In this document: piece by piece, positions 44,068-54,397 of the stretch | Position numbering within the stretch: the stretch's first letter is position 1 | Layout: each line of letters starts with the position of its first letter | Assembly (NCBI GenBank): GCA_963755715.1 | Contig: CAVWLW010000043.1 | Coordinates: forward strand, 32,001-96,000 | Source of the DNA: an uncultured delta proteobacterium | Lineage (GTDB): Bacteria > Desulfobacterota > Binatia > UBA9968 | Direction of reading: 5' to 3' | Length of the DNA: 64,000 bases | Position numbers and translations under genes: made by a program | Notes under the pieces: model-generated | What the model was told of the DNA's origin: nothing | The model's database searches: none | Seen by the model: the letters and a program-made list of their open reading frames with translations, nothing else

Positions 44068-44910
44068 ATGGCCACCGCAACGCTCAACGGCGTGGACACG
44101 TACTATGAAGTACAGGGGCAGGGTGAACCGGTGCTACTCGTGCCGGCTTCTTGGTGGCCGTCGGATACGTGGAACGTCGGCGCGGTGCCTTTTCTGTCGC
44201 AACGATTTAAAACCATCGTCTTCGATTGCCGCGGCACCGGCCGAAGCGGCAAGCCGAAAGACGGCTACACGGTCGAGCAGTTCTCTCAAGATTGCATCGC
44301 TTTGTTGGCGCATCTCGGCGTGTCGCGCTGCCACGCCGTCGGGTTTGCTCTCGGCGGACAGGTCGTGCAAGCGATGGCCATCGAGCGCCCCGATCTGGTG
44401 GCAACATTGACTATCGCAGCCTCCGGCGCGGGGGCGAAAACGCTCGCTGGCGGACCGCGCAGCTTGTCGCCCGATACGGAGCGCGAAATCCGCGACATCG
44501 GCTTTGAGCGTTACATCCGCAACTACATCGAGAACGACACGATGGCGTTTACCCCAAAATTCTATCGCGAACATCCGGAAGTGGTGGCGGCCCTCGCCGA
44601 TGCCGTTTGGTCTGGGCAGAGCACGGTGGAGATGTTTCGCCGCCACGAAGACGCTCGCCTCACTTGGGACACTTTGGCGAAAGCCGCCGACGTGAAAGTG
44701 CCGGCGTTGATTCTCTGCGGCGCGGACGACGACGTGAGCCGGCGCGGCAGCACGCCCGTCGGAACGGCAAAGCGTCTCGCCGAGGCGACGCCTGGCTGCG
44801 AATTATTTTTGATTCCGAACACGAAACATATGACTTTTTGGGACGGCGCCGGCGGGTTGGTTGCACTGCAGGAGTTTCTGGTTCGCCACCCGATTGGAGC
44901 AACGCGGTGA
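44068..44910 (+). CDS. Alpha/beta-hydrolase fold protein, Ala at nucleophile elbow (paralog 1)
   Basis: YYEVQGQGEP, DCRGTGRS, GFALGG, LCGADDD, KHMTFWDG. Confidence 0.85.
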   Translation: MATATLNGVDTYYEVQGQGEPVLLVPASWWPSDTWNVGAVPFLSQRFKTIVFDCRGTGRSGKPKDGYTVEQFSQDCIALLAHLGVSRCHAVGFALGGQVVQAMAIERPDLVATLTIAASGAGAKTLAGGPRSLSPDTEREIRDIGFERYIRNYIENDTMAFTPKFYREHPEVVAALADAVWSGQSTVEMFRRHEDARLTWDTLAKAADVKVPALILCGADDDVSRRGSTPVGTAKRLAEATPGCELFLIPNTKHMTFWDGAGGLVALQEFLVRHPIGATR

Positions 44911-45920
44911 TTTTCTCGCCCGAACTCTTCAAGAGATTTCTGCGCAATGCATTCCTGGGTTTCATTGGTTGCTGCCTTTTTGTCGCTGTCCTGGCGACCG
45001 TCGTCGAAGCGCAAACCAAAAAAGTTCGCGTGGCGGTTCCCGGCTATACCATAGCGGTGCTGTCGTTTCTCGCCGCAAAGATGAACGGCTATTACGCTGG
45101 GGAAGGTTTGGACGTTGAGCTGATCGCGATGCGCGCACCCACGGCGAATTTGGCGCTCATCGGCGGCAACGTCGAGTTTTCCGCAGTTCCGCTGGCCGGG
45201 CTTACGACCGCGCTGCGCGGCGCACCGTTAAAATTGATTTTCTGCCAGTTCGACAAACCGCAGCATTCGCTTTACGCCAAGCCGGAGTTTCCCAACATCA
45301 AGGCGTTGCGGGGAAAGAAGGTCGCCGTTTCGGGTCTCGGCACCATCGACGATATTTTGCTGCGCGAAGCGCTCGGCGGGGGCGGTGTCGATCCCGCACG
45401 GGATGTCACGGTTCTCGCGATGGGTGCGGCGGACACCCGATTTAGCGCTCTTGTCAGCGGCGCCATCGATGCGTCGATGCTGATCGCGCCGACGTCTTTT
45501 TACGCCAAGGATCAGGGATTCCGAGAATTGGTCGCGTTCCAAGATTTGGGATTTGTTCTGCCCAGCGGCGGTATCGTTGCTCGTGACGAAACCTTAAAGA
45601 ACGATCCGATCACTGCGGAACGATTTGTCCGGGCAACAATTATGGGTTTCTTGTTCATGCGCGACAATCGTCCGGGAACGCTCAAGGTCATGTCGCGAAT
45701 GCTTCGAATTGATGAGTCGACAGCGGCCAAGCTTTATGACTCGTCTCGGCCGACTCTGACAAACGACGGCACGGTCACGGGAGAGTCGGAAAAAAAGATG
45801 ACCGGTATGGTCCTCAAAATTGCCGGCGTCAAAGAAGCTCCGCCGACGGATAAGCTCTATGACTTCTCGCTTGTGAAGAAAGCCCATGCGGCGTTACAAG
45901 CAAAAGGCTGGCGCCCATAA
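44907..45920 (+). CDS. NMT1/SsuA-like substrate-binding protein
   Basis: GTG overlaps the upstream TGA; GYYAGEGLDVE, ALRGKKVAVSGLG, LYDFSLV. Confidence 0.85.
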   Translation: MIFSPELFKRFLRNAFLGFIGCCLFVAVLATVVEAQTKKVRVAVPGYTIAVLSFLAAKMNGYYAGEGLDVELIAMRAPTANLALIGGNVEFSAVPLAGLTTALRGAPLKLIFCQFDKPQHSLYAKPEFPNIKALRGKKVAVSGLGTIDDILLREALGGGGVDPARDVTVLAMGAADTRFSALVSGAIDASMLIAPTSFYAKDQGFRELVAFQDLGFVLPSGGIVARDETLKNDPITAERFVRATIMGFLFMRDNRPGTLKVMSRMLRIDESTAAKLYDSSRPTLTNDGTVTGESEKKMTGMVLKIAGVKEAPPTDKLYDFSLVKKAHAALQAKGWRP

Positions 45921-45966
45921 CCAAGGCGCATTGTGAAATCGAGCAAAGAGACTAGCGAGGTTGAAC

Positions 45967-46800
45967 ATGCCTAGCGCGAAAATCGGCGACATCGACATCT
46001 ACTATGAAGAGCAAGGACAGGGCGAGCCGGTGCTGCTCGCCCCGCCGTCGTGGTGGCCGAGCGATACCTGGAAGGTCAGCGTCGTGCCGTTTTTGTCGAA
46101 GCATTACCGCACAATCATTTTTGATTGCCGCGGTACGGGCTACAGCAGCAAGCCCGATCATGGATACAACATCGAGCAGTTTGCCAAGGATTGTGCCGGG
46201 CTGCTGGGATACTTAAAAGTATCGCGCTGTCACGCGGCAGGTTTTGCGCTGGGCGGGCAAATCGCGCAGGCGCTGGCGATTCAGCGACCCGATCTCGTCG
46301 CTACGTTGACCATTGCAGCAGCGGGCGCGGGAACGAAAGCGACCGACGGCGGGCCGCGGGTGATCAGAAATACCGACGAGGAAGAGATTCGTGAGCACGG
46401 CTTCGAGCGCTTCATTCGCGGTCACGTCGAGAATACTCACATGGCGTTCAATGCCACCTTCTACGATGCCCATCCGGAAGTGGTCAAAGCGCTTTCGGAT
46501 GCGTTGTGGCGGCGTCAGACGAGTCCGGAGCAACATCGATATCACTACGAGGCCCGACGCACCTGGGATACATTAGGCAACGCGGCGAAAGTAAAAGTGC
46601 CGACGCTGATACTTTGCGGCGCGCAGGACGACGTCAATCGCGGCGGCAGTACGCCTGTCGGCACGGCGCGCAAACTCGGCGAATTGGTTCCCGGCAGCGA
46701 GCTTGCGCTTGTGCCTGACGTGAAACATATGACTTTTTGGGACGGCGACGGCGCGCTCATCGCGCTGCAGGATTTTTTGCAAAGGCATCGCATTCAATGA
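45967..46800 (+). CDS. Alpha/beta-hydrolase fold protein, Ala at nucleophile elbow (paralog 2)
   Basis: PPSWWPSDTW, DCRGTGYS, GFALGG, LCGAQDD, KHMTFWDG. Confidence 0.85.
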   Translation: MPSAKIGDIDIYYEEQGQGEPVLLAPPSWWPSDTWKVSVVPFLSKHYRTIIFDCRGTGYSSKPDHGYNIEQFAKDCAGLLGYLKVSRCHAAGFALGGQIAQALAIQRPDLVATLTIAAAGAGTKATDGGPRVIRNTDEEEIREHGFERFIRGHVENTHMAFNATFYDAHPEVVKALSDALWRRQTSPEQHRYHYEARRTWDTLGNAAKVKVPTLILCGAQDDVNRGGSTPVGTARKLGELVPGSELALVPDVKHMTFWDGDGALIALQDFLQRHRIQ

Positions 46801-46851
46801 CGTGAACCTTGAACGTTTGAACTCTTGAACCAGCGGAGGATGAATCGAGTC

Positions 46852-47912
46852 ATGAAACTGCGAAATTTCACAGCTGGCATCGTTATGATGCTCGTGAGCG
46901 GATTCGCCGGTGGCTGTGGGCTACGGCCAAGACAAGAGCCAAGGCCGGTAGTGACGGGATCACGCAACTTTATAACGCCGCCAAGAAGGAAGGCACGGTA
47001 GTCATCTGGGGACCGACGGACGCGATTATTTATCAACGCATGCAGGAGGTGCTGGATAAACAGTATCCGGGCATCAAGATCGAGCACTTCGAAAGCATCC
47101 CCGAACCGCTCGTGCAGCGCATCATCGCCGAAAGCCAAGCGGGGAAGCCGGCCGCGGTGGACGTCATTCAGTCCGGTTCGCTGCGCGCGTTGCGGCCGTT
47201 GATCGATCGCGACATGCTGGCGCCTTATCCGGGATGGGAGAAAGACTTTGGCCTCGACGCCGTATACGCCAACCAACGCTTTGTCGGCGCTTATAATCTT
47301 ACCTTGCCGATTTCTTACAACACGAAAATGGTGAGCGCCAAGGAAGCGCCGAAAAGCTGGGAAGATCTCGCCGATCCGAAGTGGAAGGGAAAGAAGATAA
47401 TTATCGAGGCCCGACTGGTGCCATTTGCCATGCTCGGAACCGAGTGGGGCAAACCGAAGGCAAGCGAATTGGTCAAGAAAATTCTCTCCCAGCAACCGCT
47501 CATCGTTCAGGGCGGCACCACCGTCGCCAATGCGCTTGCCGGCGGTCAAGTTTCGATTGCCGTCGGCACTTACGCTTACACCATCGAGCGCTTGAAGAAA
47601 CAGGGCGCGGCAGTGGACTGGATCGCCGTCTCACCTCTGCCCGTGCTGACTTCCGCAGAGGGAGTTCTCAAGACTGCAGCTCATCCAAATGCCGGGCGTT
47701 TCTTCGCCGGGTGGATGGGAACGCCCGAAGGGCAAAAGATCAGATACGCGACCCAGGGACAGGCCATGGAGGTGGGCAGAAACGCGATCGGCAACGTTGC
47801 CGAGAGAATCAAGAGCCAGCAGCCCGCGATCATATTGGAAACCGATAAGACCTTTGCGTCGATCTTGGAAATCCAACGCGAGTTGGGAAAATTGCTCGGC
47901 GCGCTGCGGTAA
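46852..47912 (+). CDS. Fe(III)/polyamine-type (AfuA-like) extracellular solute-binding protein, frameshift near 46920
   Basis: Signal peptide MKLRNF.., AAKKEGTVVIWG, YNTKMV..APKSWEDLADPKWKG, AHPNAGRFF. Confidence 0.8.
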
Positions 47913-47924
47913 GAATAATCGCGA

Positions 47925-48008
47925 TGTCATCCTGAGGCGCAGCCTGCAGGCCTCTACGCCGAGTTGGCCTCACGTTAATCGAGATCCGTCGCTTTGCTCA
48001 GGATGACA
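47925..48008. repeat. REP-like element, TGTCAT...ATGACA family
   Basis: TGTCATCCTGAG...CTCAGGATGACA, perfect 12-bp terminal inverted repeat. Confidence 0.8.
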
Positions 48009-48034
48009 CGATGTAAAAACGTGGAGCTGCTAAA

Positions 48035-49805
48035 TTGAACGTCGCGATGAAGCGCGGATTCAAGCGTTGGAATTCTGGCCAGGGCGCGCATCTACCGTTC
48101 GGACCCTTGACCTTCGGCTTGACGGTAATCGCCGTTTCTTATCTCGTTCTCGTTCCCTTGCTCATGCTGCTCTACGCCAGCATCAAAAGCACGGAGGACA
48201 AGCTGCCGTTCGAGTCCACGGCTACCACTCTCGGCAATTACACGGCCGTTTTCACCAGTCCGGCAACGCTGCCGATTTTTCTCAACACGCTGCTTTTTAC
48301 CGCGGGCTCGCTTGCGATCGGACTGCCGTTGGCGATTCTCCTGGCCTGGTTGGTCGAGCGGACCGCCATTCCGGCGCGCGCGTGGATCGGCAATTTGATT
48401 CTCGTGCCGATGACGGTGCCGTCGCTGCTGTCGGCGATCGCATGGGTCCAGCTGCTCGATCCGCGCAACGGTCTGGTCAACGTCGTCTTGCGCGGCCTGT
48501 TCGGATTGCAATCCGACACTGGGCCCTTCGACATCTACACGCTCTCGGGAATGTGCTTTGTGCAGGGCCTCAGGCTGGTGCCGTCGGCGTATTTGATGAT
48601 CGCGGCATCTTTTCGCGCCATGGACCCATCGTTGGAAGAACAAAGCGCGATGGCGGGGCAGAACGTCGCGCAGACCACACTGCGCGTGACTCTGCCGATC
48701 ATGCGGCCGGCGCTGCTCGCTGCGCTGATCTATTTCATCATCGTCGTGATCGAGTCTTTCGACATTCCGGGACTGCTCGGATTTACAGCCCGCATCCGCG
48801 TACTGAGCACGGCGATTTATTGGGCGACCCATTCGGAAGTCGGGCTGCCCGACTATGGGTTGGCGTCGGCCTTGGGAGCGATCATTTTAGTCGTCGCTCT
48901 GATGTTGATGTGGGGCTACCAGCGCTTGACCGCGCACCAAGAGCGCTTTGCCACCATCACCGGCAAGGGTTACCGGCCGCGCCAGGTGAATCTCGGCCCA
49001 TGGCGGATGACGGCAACGGCGTTCTGCGCGGTTTACATTATGATCGCCGTGCTATTGCCTTTTCTCATGCTGCTGTGGAGCAGCGTGCAACCGTTCTATG
49101 CAACACCGTCGGCGGAATCGCTGGCGCGGGTCACTTTTGAAGGTTACACCAAGATTTGGCGCGACGGCAGCGTCGTGCGCGCCCTGTGGAATACCCTCGC
49201 GCTTGCGCTGGTCACTTCAATGGCGACGATGCTGTTGGCCGTGCTCGTCAGCTGGTTCGTCGTGCGGCGCGGCAGACAAGCGGACGGCATGGCCAAGTAT
49301 CTCGCCACGGTTTCGTTTCTGCCGCAATGCGTGCCGAGCATCGTGATCGGTCTCGCGTTCATTTTCGTCTACGTGCGCTTCCCCATTCCGATTTACGGCA
49401 CCCTCTGGATCATCGCGCTGGCGATGACGACGCGCTATCTCGCGTATAGCTCGCGGGCGACGACGGCGGCGCTCATGCAGGTGCACGGCGAGCTCGAAGA
49501 AGCGTCGCAGATGGCCGGCGCGCCGTGGCTGCGAACGCTGCGGCGGATCACGATGCCGTTGCTGGCGCCGGCAATGATCAATGTGTTTCTTTGGGTCGCG
49601 GTCCATGCGATGCAAGAGTTGTCGATGGCCTTGATGCTCTACAATCCGAGCACCGTCGTCGTCTCGACGATGATCTGGAGCATGTGGCAGAACGGCCGAA
49701 CCGCCGACGCGGCGGTTTTGGGCGTTGTGTTAATCTTTCTGTCGGCGGTGCTGCTGGCCTGCTGGCCAGATCGTTTCGATAATGCGGCGCGGCGCGCATT
49801 CCTAG
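48035..49805 (+). CDS. Fe(III)-type (FbpB/AfuB-like) ABC permease
   Basis: Two EAA-type loops (MDPSLEEQS, HGELEEAS), FATITGKGYRP; removing one base near 49759 gives a natural end ..AGQIVSIMRRGAHS*. Confidence 0.85.
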
Positions 49806-49816
49806 CGGGATACTTC

Positions 49817-50914
49817 GTGATCAGCGTAAGAGATTTGGAGAAAACGTTCGCCGGTGCTAAGGGCGAAGTGCGCGCCCTGCGAGGCGTGTCGTTCGAGGTC
49901 GGCAAGGGAGAATTATTCACTTTGCTCGGTCCCAGCGGTTGCGGCAAGACGACGACGTTGCGCTGTATCGCCGGATTGGAGCAACCCTTGTTCGGTGAAA
50001 TCATTATCAACGACCGCAAAGTGTTCAGCGCCAACGATGGTACTTTCATACCGCCCGAGCAGCGTCACATCGGCATGGTTTTTCAATCCTACGCGATTTG
50101 GCCGCACATGACGGTGTTTCAAAACGTCGCCTATCCACTGGCCAACTCCGCTAAACGGAGTGAAATCAACGACCGGGTGGGCGGAATACTCGATCGCCTA
50201 AGCCTCGGCGCTTTGGCAGACCGGCTGGCACCGAATTTAAGCGGGGGACAGCAGCAGCGCGTCGCGTTGGCGCGGGCGCTCGTTGCGCAACCGCAGATTC
50301 TTTTGCTCGATGAACCGTTGAGTAACCTGGACGCGAAGTTGCGCGAACAGATGCGTTTCGAGCTCAAATCGCTGCAGGAGGCATTTGGTATTACCGCAGT
50401 TTATGTGACCCACGACCAAGAAGAGGCGCTGGCGCTGTCGGATCGCATCGGCTTGATGCACGAGGGCACACTGCTCGAAGTCGGCGCGCCGGCGGACCTT
50501 TATTTGCGGCCGGCGCACAAGATCACCGCGGATTTTCTCGGCACAGCCAATTTTGTCCCGGCACAGGCCGACGTCCGTGGCGGTATGACATCGGAGGAGC
50601 TGGTCGTGTGTTCGCCGATCGGTAATTTTGTCGCGCGGCGCAGTGCCGAATGGCAGGGAGGCGACGCCGTGCTGCTGTTTTTCCGTCCGGAAAACGTTGA
50701 CTTCAATAATGAATCGGATTTGTCGAGCAACGGTAAAAACATGGCGACGGGAAAGATAGAGCGGGTCACTTTTTTAGGTAATTCCGCTGACGTGGTGATT
50801 CGCTGCGGCACAATCGCATTGCGTGCACGCGTCCATCCGACGCGTGCGCCGGAGGCGGGGAAACTGGTTCGTTTTTCCGTAGCGCCGGAGTCGTGCATTA
50901 TTTTTCCGGCGTAG
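49817..50914 (+). CDS. ABC ATP-binding protein (FbpC/PotA-like, TOBE domain)
   Basis: [45 protein letters not shown]. Confidence 0.9.
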   Translation: MISVRDLEKTFAGAKGEVRALRGVSFEVGKGELFTLLGPSGCGKTTTLRCIAGLEQPLFGEIIINDRKVFSANDGTFIPPEQRHIGMVFQSYAIWPHMTVFQNVAYPLANSAKRSEINDRVGGILDRLSLGALADRLAPNLSGGQQQRVALARALVAQPQILLLDEPLSNLDAKLREQMRFELKSLQEAFGITAVYVTHDQEEALALSDRIGLMHEGTLLEVGAPADLYLRPAHKITADFLGTANFVPAQADVRGGMTSEELVVCSPIGNFVARRSAEWQGGDAVLLFFRPENVDFNNESDLSSNGKNMATGKIERVTFLGNSADVVIRCGTIALRARVHPTRAPEAGKLVRFSVAPESCIIFPA

Positions 50915-50965
50915 GAAATTCGCTTGCGCTGAGAATGCAATTGAAAAATCCGGTTGAGATCATGT

Positions 50966-50989
50966 GTAGGGGCGTGTGGCACACGCCCT
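50966..50989. repeat. GTAG-type REP hairpin
   Basis: GTAGGGGCGTGTGGCACACGCCCT. Confidence 0.7.
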
Positions 50990-51048
50990 CTTTTTGGCAC
51001 GGTCTTCCCCCGTCGAAGACTGTGCTGCAATTACGAAAGGGACCGAGA

Positions 51049-51132
51049 TGTCATCCTGAACGACAGTGAAGAGTCTCGACCGATCGATAAGTTACAAAAG
51101 GCGAGATCCTTCGGCTTCGCCTCAGGATGACA
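51049..51132. repeat. REP-like element, TGTCAT...ATGACA family
   Basis: TGTCATCCTGAACGACAGTGAAGA...AGATCCTTCGGCTTCGCCTCAGGATGACA. Confidence 0.8.
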
Positions 51133-51252
51133 TGGGACACAAGTCTCTCGAGCGGAGAGAGGTTACGGTCGGTGCTCGCGAGAAGCTTTCCGTAAAACCA
51201 GGCCAAGTTTGTGGGCTGAGATGGAGACAGTCGCGTCATTAGGAGCAGTGGC

Positions 51253-52204
51253 ATGACTTCAAGAAATAGTTCGAATGACAAGGATCAGCGGAACAGCATC
51301 GAGTGGCGGCTCTATACCAACATGCTGACGACGCGGCTCTTCGAAGAGGCGCTGGTTCGCTGGGAGCATGAGGGGAAACATTCGGCGCAGACTTTTCCGA
51401 GCAAGGGGCAGGAAGCGATTGCGGTGGGAACTTGCTTGGCGTTGGAAAAAGGCGACGATGTCATTCCGTCTTTTCGAACCCGCGGTGCGATGATCGCGAT
51501 GGGAGTGAGCGTTGTCGAGCAGCTGCGCGAGTTTTTTCACACGCCGTTCGCTGTGGGAGATGCGCGCGACGCGCCGCATCACGCGTCGTGGCCGGAGCGC
51601 GGCGTGATGCCGGGCTCGACGATGATCGGCGGGCACCTGGCGATGGCCGCGGGCATCGCGTTAGCCGATCAATGCAATCGGGCCGGCAATGTCAGCGTCG
51701 CTTTTTTCGGCGATGGCACGCTCGGTTCCGGAGATCTGTATGAGACCATGCATATCGCCGGAGCGTGGAATTTACCGTTGATACTGGTCTGCGAGAACAA
51801 TGGTTGGGAGATGGCGACGACCTGGTCGAAGGTGCGCAAGACGCGGTCGCTGATCCCTTACGCCGAGCCGTTCGGTTTCGCCGACGCGCAACGTCGACGG
51901 CAATGATGCTTTGGACGTGTATCATTCGGCGCGCTGGGCGCGGTCGACTGCATTAAGCGGCCAGCCGGTGTTTCTCGATTGCATCACCTTTCGTCTCGGA
52001 CTCTATAGCTCTCACTTCGGCGAGGTGCGACAGGGCATTGAACCCGATCTCGCTGAAGCCGAACGACGCGATCCGTTGAAGCGCATGGCAGAATGGTTGA
52101 TCGAACACTGTGCTGTGTCAGCTCAAGACCTTGAGAAGGTGCGCCAAGAAGAAGAACAACGGATCGAAAAAACATTCGAGCAAGTCGCGAGGGAAATGAA
52201 ATAG
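51253..52204 (+). CDS. ThDP-dependent dehydrogenase E1 alpha-like subunit, frameshifted near 51890
   Basis: RLFEE, GQEAIAVG, ThDP motif FFGDG...CENN, shifted frame VDGNDALDV..RDPL. Confidence 0.85.
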
Positions 52205-52225
52205 ACAAAAGATTGAATTGTCTTT

Positions 52226-52252
52226 GTAGGGGCAACCCTCCGTGGTTGCCCT
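52226..52252. repeat. GTAG-type REP hairpin
   Basis: GTAGGGGCAACCCTCCGTGGTTGCCCT. Confidence 0.72.
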
Positions 52253-52300
52253 TTCAGACGTCAAATATGCGAAAGGCGCAACGGAAGGGAAGAGCTACAG

Positions 52301-53251
52301 ATGTCGACATTGAATTACCGCGATGCGGTCGCCAAGGCACTGCAAGATTCCATGCGCGAGGAGCCGCGCTTGATTATCATCGGACAGAACATTGCCAGCC
52401 ACGCGCTCAAGCAATTGGCCGATACCTACGGCACGGAACGAGTGCGCGATTCGTCGATCAGCGAGAGCGCGATGGTCGGTATGGCCGTCGGCGCGGCGAT
52501 GAAAGGCATGAAAGTCGTGGTCATGATCGCCTACGCCGACATCGCGTCGGTGTGCCATATGGCGATCGTGCAGAGCGCGGCAAAACTTCATTATCTGACC
52601 AACGGTCGTCTAAAGTGTCCCGTGATCATCCGGTTGCCGATCGCGCGTTTTCGCGGCCATGGGCCGGAAGGGAACGAAGTCGGCGCGTCGTGGTTTTACA
52701 ATGTGCCGGATTTGAACATCGCCATGCCGGGCTCGACGAGTGAAGCTTACTGGATTTTTCGCGAGGCATTGCAACGGCCAACGCCGACGCTGTTTTTCGA
52801 AGATCGCTCGATTCACTTGCGATCGGGAGAAGTGAACGACACTAATCCCGGGAGCAAAGCGCGGGTCACTCGCTCCGGCGGCAAGTTAACCATCATCGCG
52901 GCGGGCCGGACCGCTGCGCTAGCTGAAGACGCTGCGGATGAATTGGCCAATCAAGGAATTCGCGACGCCGTCGAAATCGTGAGCCTGGGTTTCATCAAGC
53001 CGTTGGATAAGGAAACCGTGCTCAAGTCCTCAAGTAAGACGGGCAGAGTTTTGATCGTGCAGGACGAGCCCGCTGTGTCCGGCTACGCGCCCTACGTCCG
53101 GTGCGTGCTCGATGAATTACCCGCGACGAAACTTGCGCTGGCGCCGCGCATTCTCGCCGGCGCAGACCAGTATCTGCCGTACTGGGATGAGCGGCCGTTT
53201 TTGCCTTCTGTGGAAGGTGTGATGGCCGCGGCAAAGGATTTGATGCGATGA
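52301..53251 (+). CDS. ThDP-dependent dehydrogenase E1 beta-like subunit
   Basis: YGTERVRDSSISESAMVGMAVGAA, PTLFFE, IKPLDKETV..SKTGRVLIVQD. Confidence 0.87.
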   Translation: MSTLNYRDAVAKALQDSMREEPRLIIIGQNIASHALKQLADTYGTERVRDSSISESAMVGMAVGAAMKGMKVVVMIAYADIASVCHMAIVQSAAKLHYLTNGRLKCPVIIRLPIARFRGHGPEGNEVGASWFYNVPDLNIAMPGSTSEAYWIFREALQRPTPTLFFEDRSIHLRSGEVNDTNPGSKARVTRSGGKLTIIAAGRTAALAEDAADELANQGIRDAVEIVSLGFIKPLDKETVLKSSSKTGRVLIVQDEPAVSGYAPYVRCVLDELPATKLALAPRILAGADQYLPYWDERPFLPSVEGVMAAAKDLMR

Positions 53252-54270
53252 AAACATACAGCGAAATTCTACTGCTGACTGGCGCGCTAGCGGTGCTAGG
53301 TTTTGGACACGCGATCGCTCAAGTGGCGAATCCTGAACTGCTCGCCCAGGCGAAGAAGGAAGGGCGGGTGACTTGGTACACCACTGTTTCCATCCCTGAG
53401 AGCAAGCAATTCATGGACATGTTTGAGAAACAGTATCCGTTCATAAAAGTGGATCTGCTTCGTTCCGGCTCCGGGCCGCTGGTCAATCGCATTGTCAGCG
53501 AGTACGCGGCAAAGACCTACGCCGCGGACGTCCTGCACGGCATGTCCAGCCGGGGCGGATTCACCGTGCTCAAGCAAAGAAATATCATCGGCCGCTACGA
53601 CTCGCCCGAGCGCAAATATTATTCCGCCGACCTCAAGGACAAGGATGGATTCTGGTCGTCTACCTTTCAGAACACGTTTGTATTGGCTTATAACAAGCGC
53701 AACGTAAAACCTGACGATGTTCCGAAAACCTACGAGGATTTGCTGAAGCCCACGTGGAAGGGCAGGCAGATCATCAACGACACGGACAACTTCGAATGGT
53801 TCGACGGGCTGCTTAAGTTTTGGGGCCGCGATAAAGGCATGGCCTATTTCAAGCGGCTGGCGCAGCAAGACCAGATCTTTCAGCGCGGCGCGCGGGGGCG
53901 CATCCAACTCGTGGCGGCAGGCGAAGCGCCGCTGACGATCGGCTACGGTCCGCATGCGCAAAGTTTCGTCAACCAGGGCGCGCCCATCGAGTGGGTGCCG
54001 TTGGAGCCGGTCGTAGTGATCGTGAACAGCATCAGTATCGCGCAGCGCGCGCCGCATCCGGCGGCGGCAAAACTGTTTATCGACTTTCTGCTCTCCAAAA
54101 CGGCACAGACGAAATTACGCGAGATGAGCAGGATTCCATCGCGCAGCGATGTCGAATCGGACCCACCTCGTCTCATCAAGGGCTTCAAAAAAGTCGTTCA
54201 GGACATCGAAAACGAGAGCATGTCCGAGTCGATCAAGCTCTTTCAGCAAACGTTTAGTTTGGCTCCTTGA
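53248..54270 (+). CDS. Fe(III)/polyamine-type extracellular solute-binding protein
   Basis: Signal peptide, AKKEGRVTWYT, FEKQYPFIKV, PKTYEDLL, APHPAAAKLFIDF. Confidence 0.87.
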   Translation: MKTYSEILLLTGALAVLGFGHAIAQVANPELLAQAKKEGRVTWYTTVSIPESKQFMDMFEKQYPFIKVDLLRSGSGPLVNRIVSEYAAKTYAADVLHGMSSRGGFTVLKQRNIIGRYDSPERKYYSADLKDKDGFWSSTFQNTFVLAYNKRNVKPDDVPKTYEDLLKPTWKGRQIINDTDNFEWFDGLLKFWGRDKGMAYFKRLAQQDQIFQRGARGRIQLVAAGEAPLTIGYGPHAQSFVNQGAPIEWVPLEPVVVIVNSISIAQRAPHPAAAKLFIDFLLSKTAQTKLREMSRIPSRSDVESDPPRLIKGFKKVVQDIENESMSESIKLFQQTFSLAP

Positions 54271-54397
54271 TAGCAAATAAACTGGTTCAACACGTTCAAA
54301 TCGTTCGCAGGCGGAACGGTGCCTCGCAGTTGCGATCGAGCGGTATGGGGCATTGGCCAACTCAAGATAACGTTTTGAAGATTTATTGGGGAAGACA

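Noticed and set aside
45914-45966. TAAC...GTTGAAC pair after a stop codon, attC-like spacing
   Set aside because: No internal L-box complementarity
48035-50914. Apparent 959-aa permease-ATPase fusion
   Set aside because: Removing one base near 49759 gives a normal permease end with a stop at 49803-49805 and a separate GTG start at 49817; most likely an indel artefact like others in the window
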